Shown: one piece after another, positions 58,863 to 64,000 of the stretch
Layout: every line of letters starts with the position of its first letter
How positions within the stretch are numbered: position 1 is the first letter of the stretch
Origin: the human T2T-CHM13v2.0 reference genome, Homo sapiens
NCBI RefSeq assembly: GCF_009914755.1
Contig: NC_060930.1
DNA length: 64,000 nucleotides
Strand: one strand, 5' to 3'
Made by a program: the position numbers and the translations under genes
The notes under the pieces: generated by a model
Told to the model about the DNA's origin: nothing
Seen by the model: the letters and a program-made list of their open reading frames with translations, nothing else
The model's database searches: none

Positions 58863-61800
58863 TGGCAATATGATCCAGAAAGATAACTTACAAGGAGATG
58901 GTTGTTTATACTAGTGCTTTGTATCTTAAGCACGAAGGGTAGGGAAAAAAGAATATGACAGGCAAAATGTTTCAATTTAGTGAATTCTTCTGAATAATAT
59001 CAGTAAAAATATATATAGATCTTTAAAGCTTTTAAAGTCATATGAAGTAGGGGAAACCTCATAGGTAGAAAGTAAGTCTTAAAATTGTATTTCTTAGTAG
59101 TTGCAAAATCTCTAGTGCAAACTTGTTGTCATTAAGAACTTTTAGTAGTAAGGAACTTATGTTCCAGCAGATGGGGATGTTAGTACACAAAAGAGAGCAC
59201 TCAGTGATTAAAATGTGTTGAGAAATAACCCTTTTGCCAGAATAGGAAAATGTTCTCCTTTAAATTGTAAGGGAAGAGTTGCTCAGGAATGTGACAAATA
59301 ACAGTTACCTAATTGAGTATTTTCATTGGCATGTGAAAAAGTTGTCATAGTTCTTTAAAGAACTTGTCTTTTTAAGAGACTATATGTTGGTATGTTGACC
59401 ATATTAAATGTAACTAGTTTAGTACATCAGATTGATTGCAGCTATTTTCTGAAATAGTTTCTGCCTTTACAACTCAGTTGTTTGAAGGGTTTTTGTTTTG
59501 GTGGGTGACTGAGTCACATATATTGAGAGGTATCCTGTTTGTACGTTTTCTTTGTAATTATAAAGTCTTTAGGCAGTTTATTTCTGTTTATTAAAATAAA
59601 TCAGAAGAAAATGTGTCATAGTTTACTATATGTTATATGAAGAGAAAGTTCTTTTGGGGATCATAGTTTTATCATAGTAATAAAAAATTATCAGCAGTAA
59701 AAAAGATAGTCTTATCTCACTTTTATTATAGTTTATAGCATTACGACATACTGTTAGTTTTTTTAGTAGGTAAATACTACATAGATTGCTTTAACATATG
59801 CTTTGCAATTGTTGAAATACTGCTCATTTAAGTTCCTTCTTAGATGTGATTCAGAAGTGTACTTTAATGTATTTAAGTTATATTTTCCTAGTTCAGTTAT
59901 ATTGAGCTTTTTTTTTTTTTTAAACTGTCAAGGCAATTTAAAATACTCTTGCCTTCAGTGACTTGAAATTGAACTCTGCACAGGAGAGAAGAATATGTCT
60001 TGTTTCTATATAGAGAACCAAGGAGGAAGAGATTGACTTTGCCACCTTTGTAACTGATAATAACTTGCATTTTAGTCCCTGCTCCCCAGCCCCACTTTTT
60101 TCCTTTTCTGTTATTCCTAAAATGTAGAGAATTGGAGATCGATCCACAGATTTTCAGTTCATCTTTGGCAGTAGCATGGTTTGTAACTTTTTTCATTCCT
60201 GGAAGAAGCAGTGGTGAGGGCACAGAGATAGCGTAGCACATTGTCTTTGAACCTTAATGGGAATTACTTCTTTTCAGGGAAATATAGCAATGGCCAATTT
60301 TGTCTATACATTTTAAGATTGTTTCTTATAGTTGTTAGAGATTTTATGAGAAGCTTGAATTTCTTTCAGTAATCCTAAAGAACTGTTATAAAGAACTTAT
60401 TTATCAGAAGAAATATTCCTTATTGGGAAAAACTAAAATATATCAATTAAAAAGTTAAAAGTACTCATCATGCACTGATAGCTGCTCTTAATGTTTCCTT
60501 GTAGTCCCCCCCCACCAGTGTTTATGGATGTAGCAAAATTGGAATTACGGTTTTTAAAAAAAATTATATCATGAGCAAAATTTTTCCTTGCCATTTCATA
60601 TTCTTTGCAAATATAATGTTTATAGTAATATATTTCATGCTGTCGAGGTATATTATAATTTACTTAACTAATCTGTTGGACTTGCCACTTTGCTTTCAGG
60701 AAATGTGTGTAATGATAGCATTAAGTGGCTTTAGAAGTTACTTTTTTAAAAGCCTTAAGTTACAAAATACTGTAACTGGGAATTATGAATACCAAACTCT
60801 TATTTTTGCAATGCAGTTAATCTGAAATAAGCATTTTATGTTGCATTGCAGTAGAAACTGGTTGTTAGGATGCAACGTGATTTTCGAATAATGTCAGAGT
60901 TGCATATTTCATGTATTAGTTTTTAGTGACTTAACATACTTAATTGAAACTTTTCATTCTATTCTAGGCTGTTTGGTTGTATGCTATTAATATGTGTGCG
61001 ATGTTATGAGGGACACACTAAAGCTTCAAATTCATTCCTTCAAGTTATCTCAGTAGTTGGAAAGAATATGAAAATAAGAGTAACAAAGGAAATAGAAACA
61101 TACCAAGAAGACTAAAGACTGGTGCTAAAGAGGGTGTTTTTGGCTGAGGAGGCTATGGAATGTTTCAGGAGAGGAGGTAAAATTTCATCTGGCTCTTAAA
61201 GGACAGGTAGGATTGAAGTGGAGAACAGGTAAGGGAGTGGCGTTCTAGACACAGGGAACGGTGTTCTTGAATGTGGGAACATTCTGAGTAGGAAGGTGTA
61301 AATAATTCTCTATTAGAGAGAGCTTTTTATACCTTTGGTCTTAGCTTTTTCCTTTATCTGCCTCCATATTTCTGTTTTTAGTCCAGATTTTCTTATCTCT
61401 ATCCTGTACAGGCATTACATTATAGAGTGATATATTAATGTGGTAGATTGCTGTGATTGCTGCTGTCCTTCTCTTCCCTTCATTTTCAGATGTTCTTTTT
61501 TCTTGACTTTGACTCTCTTTAGGTTTTTGGAGAAGAGGGGTATCTTACTGCCTAACTTTTAATTTTAACTATTGTTTATCTGTATGCTTAATTTGGCTTT
61601 TTATTTTTTTTGTTTTCCTAGTGCATTTGGATTTTACTTAGCTTTTATTATGAAGCCATGTGTTTCAGTTTTTTTCTGTATGTGTAGGTGATTGGGCTTA
61701 TGAATTGATCAGGAGCATGGAGGAATAGGTACATCTGGATTAGCGAGTGTGTGAATTCTTGAGCTGATGGGCCTAAGCTCTAAAGGATAGATTAGTTGTC

Positions 61801-63547
61801 AGCATATTCTGGTCTAGATAGTATGGCATAGTTTTTACCAGTATGCTTTCTTTTCCCCATCTTCCCAGTTTGCTTTTTACTCTAATGGCTTGAAAAAGTA
61901 TAGGTTAGGTTGGAAGTGAGAGAACAAAAATCTGCTAATTTAACTCTGAACAAGGAAGGCTTTAGGCTGATGTTTGAAAAGTGTGTTCCATGGAATACTG
62001 GTCTCCTGAGGTAGTCTGAGAAAAGAAGGGTCCTGTAGTCCAGGAAGTTCTGCATACTCCTTTTGTGAATTCAGGATGTGTTGCCATATTAAGTCTCCAG
62101 GATTTGCAGTCAAGAAAGTTAACTTGGTTTAACTGAGCATTTTCTGAAATTACTTGGTTAAGGAAATACGGTTTTTCTTTCTTTTATTCTTGGTACTAGT
62201 TCTGAGGATATGTTAAGGGAAATTTTAGGGGATTGTTAAAGATCTGTGGATCCTTGGGTGGAGGCAGGTTTAAACAATAATTGTTTGGGAATCTTAATTT
62301 TGAATGAGAGTGCTGGCTCAAGTCAAATCAAAGTACCCCTTGGAAAAAAAAAAGTTATATTATTCCACTTAGGTTGGGCTTCAGGTTTCAATTGAAAGGA
62401 AGCAAGAAAACTGTCCTTGTCTGGCTTTCATTAAATAACAATTCAGTCAAATGATTTCAGTAATGAATTTTGTCTAACTCAAATGCATTTGTTATTTAAA
62501 TAAAAATTAAGATGTGCTGTTTTTTAAAAATGTAATTCTCTAAATAAAAAAAATTAACATAGAATCCTGCCAGCTTAAACATCAAACTGAAACTTACTTT
62601 AAAATAGGTATATACAGAGAAATATGCTCATGTTGTAACTCATGCCTGGTTTACTAAATTTGGGAATGACTGAATTGTGAGGTGAAGAGGAATTAGTAAA
62701 TTTTGGAAAGAAAAATACTTATCTTTGTTAGGTCATTTAAACAAACATTAAGATGCAATTTTGTGAGATCTGTCAGTAACACCGGTTGTTTTCTGTGAAC
62801 TTAGATTTTAATCTATTAATAGAATATATTATCTCCCCTCATTCAGTTATATCATAAAGTTTTGGTGACCTTTGTAGCCTTTATAAAAGGGAAGTCTAAG
62901 GGTGGATAGTAGAATAGCATTTTATTTGGAAGGCCCTAAAGATTTTTGTAAAAAAAAAAAAAACAAAAAACTGTTCTTATTAAAAAAAAAAAAAACCCTG
63001 TAATTCTGCAATTTTAAAGCGGGTGTGGATTTGAGAGATCGTAGACCCATTCTTCATTATATATGTAAATGCTGTTCCTTTACAAAGGATATGAATACAT
63101 TTTATATTTTGGAAACTGCTGGTTTCAGGCATGTTAGATCATTTGGCTCTTGGGACAGAAATATATTTAAGTTACATTATTAACAAGTAAGAGTACCTTT
63201 GGGCCTGATCCCCTCTAAGCAGAATAATGTCATGACTGATAATTGTGTAATGTGGCTACCTTCTGTTGTGAATAGTCTTAATTAATTTAATTCTGTTTTG
63301 TTGCTGGAAGTATCTACCCAGGGTATTTTAAATTCTTCCTCCAAATAAGAATACAATCAAGCATCTAATGCACAGTCATATTATCATTAAATTGATGTTA
63401 AACCAAAGACAAAGGCTCTCCTAGGTAGTGTCCATTAGCATTTTCCAGCAGGGTGAATCTAGGTCTAGGAACAATTCACTGAATATTTGCCTAAGGGTTT
63501 TCACTTTCCATGTTTTACACAATATAAATAATTTAAAATCCCCCCCC

Positions 63548-63795
63548 TTTTTTTTTTTTTAAAGAGATGGGGTTTCACCCTGTCTAGGCTAGAGGGCAGT
63601 GGTGCTATCATAGCTCACTGCATCCTCTAACTCCTGGGCTCAAGCGATCCTCCTGCCTCAGCCTCCAGAGAGGTAGGACTGCAGGGGTGAGCCACCATGC
63701 CTGGATAATTAAAAAAAATTTTTTTTTTGGTAAGAGACAGGGTCTCACGATATTGCCCAGCCTGGTCTTAAACTTAAGGCCTCAAGTGATCCTCC
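63548..63795 (-). mobile_element. AluJ, 5' portion missing
   Basis: Reverse Alu, ctcctgggctcaagcgatcctcctgcctcagcctcc. Confidence 0.88.
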
Positions 63796-64000
63796 TGTGT
63801 CAGGTGTCAGCCAGTAATTTAAAATGTTTTGTTAAGAGTAGTCTCTCTCTTTCCCCACTTTGTTATAGATCTGAGTCATTTGCTTTGGAATAATGTGATA
63901 AAAGTCTAAGATAAAGGATTGCTAGACTAATATTTAGACATGTTTGTGTTGATGTTCTGTACAGGTTGTAGTTTTATAGGCTAGAATAGACTAAATTTTG

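Overview
Human (primate) genomic DNA, not microbial. The window holds about 44 kb of repeat-rich intergenic DNA, then a large CpG island (~44.45-47.3 kb), then about 17.5 kb of an AT-rich intron. The island contains the promoter, 5'UTR and first coding exon of QKI (STAR-family KH RNA-binding protein; ATG 46360, donor after 46501, encoding [47 protein letters not shown]). The divergent lncRNA CAHM probably lies on the minus strand just upstream; its limits come from recalled annotation plus a visible poly(A) signal. QKI exon 1 is the only supported coding sequence. The other listed ORFs are Alu-, repeat- or GC-content-derived. Repeats include more than 20 Alus (several nested, and one very young AluYg6), THE1, MLT1 and MER4-type solo LTRs, hAT MITEs, MIR/L2/L1 relics and microsatellites. 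I do not see a demonstrably new biological system. The best leads are regulatory: (1) a ~51-bp minisatellite whose unit carries ETS, RUNX-like and NF-kB-like motifs; (2) candidate SOX/POU glial enhancers upstream of QKI; (3) a cryptic-exon-like donor next to a UG repeat; (4) a stop-free frame and a CGG repeat in the QKI 5'UTR; (5) a potentially polymorphic AluYg6. Repeat subfamily names were assigned by eye and boundaries are approximate unless a target-site duplication (TSD) is cited.
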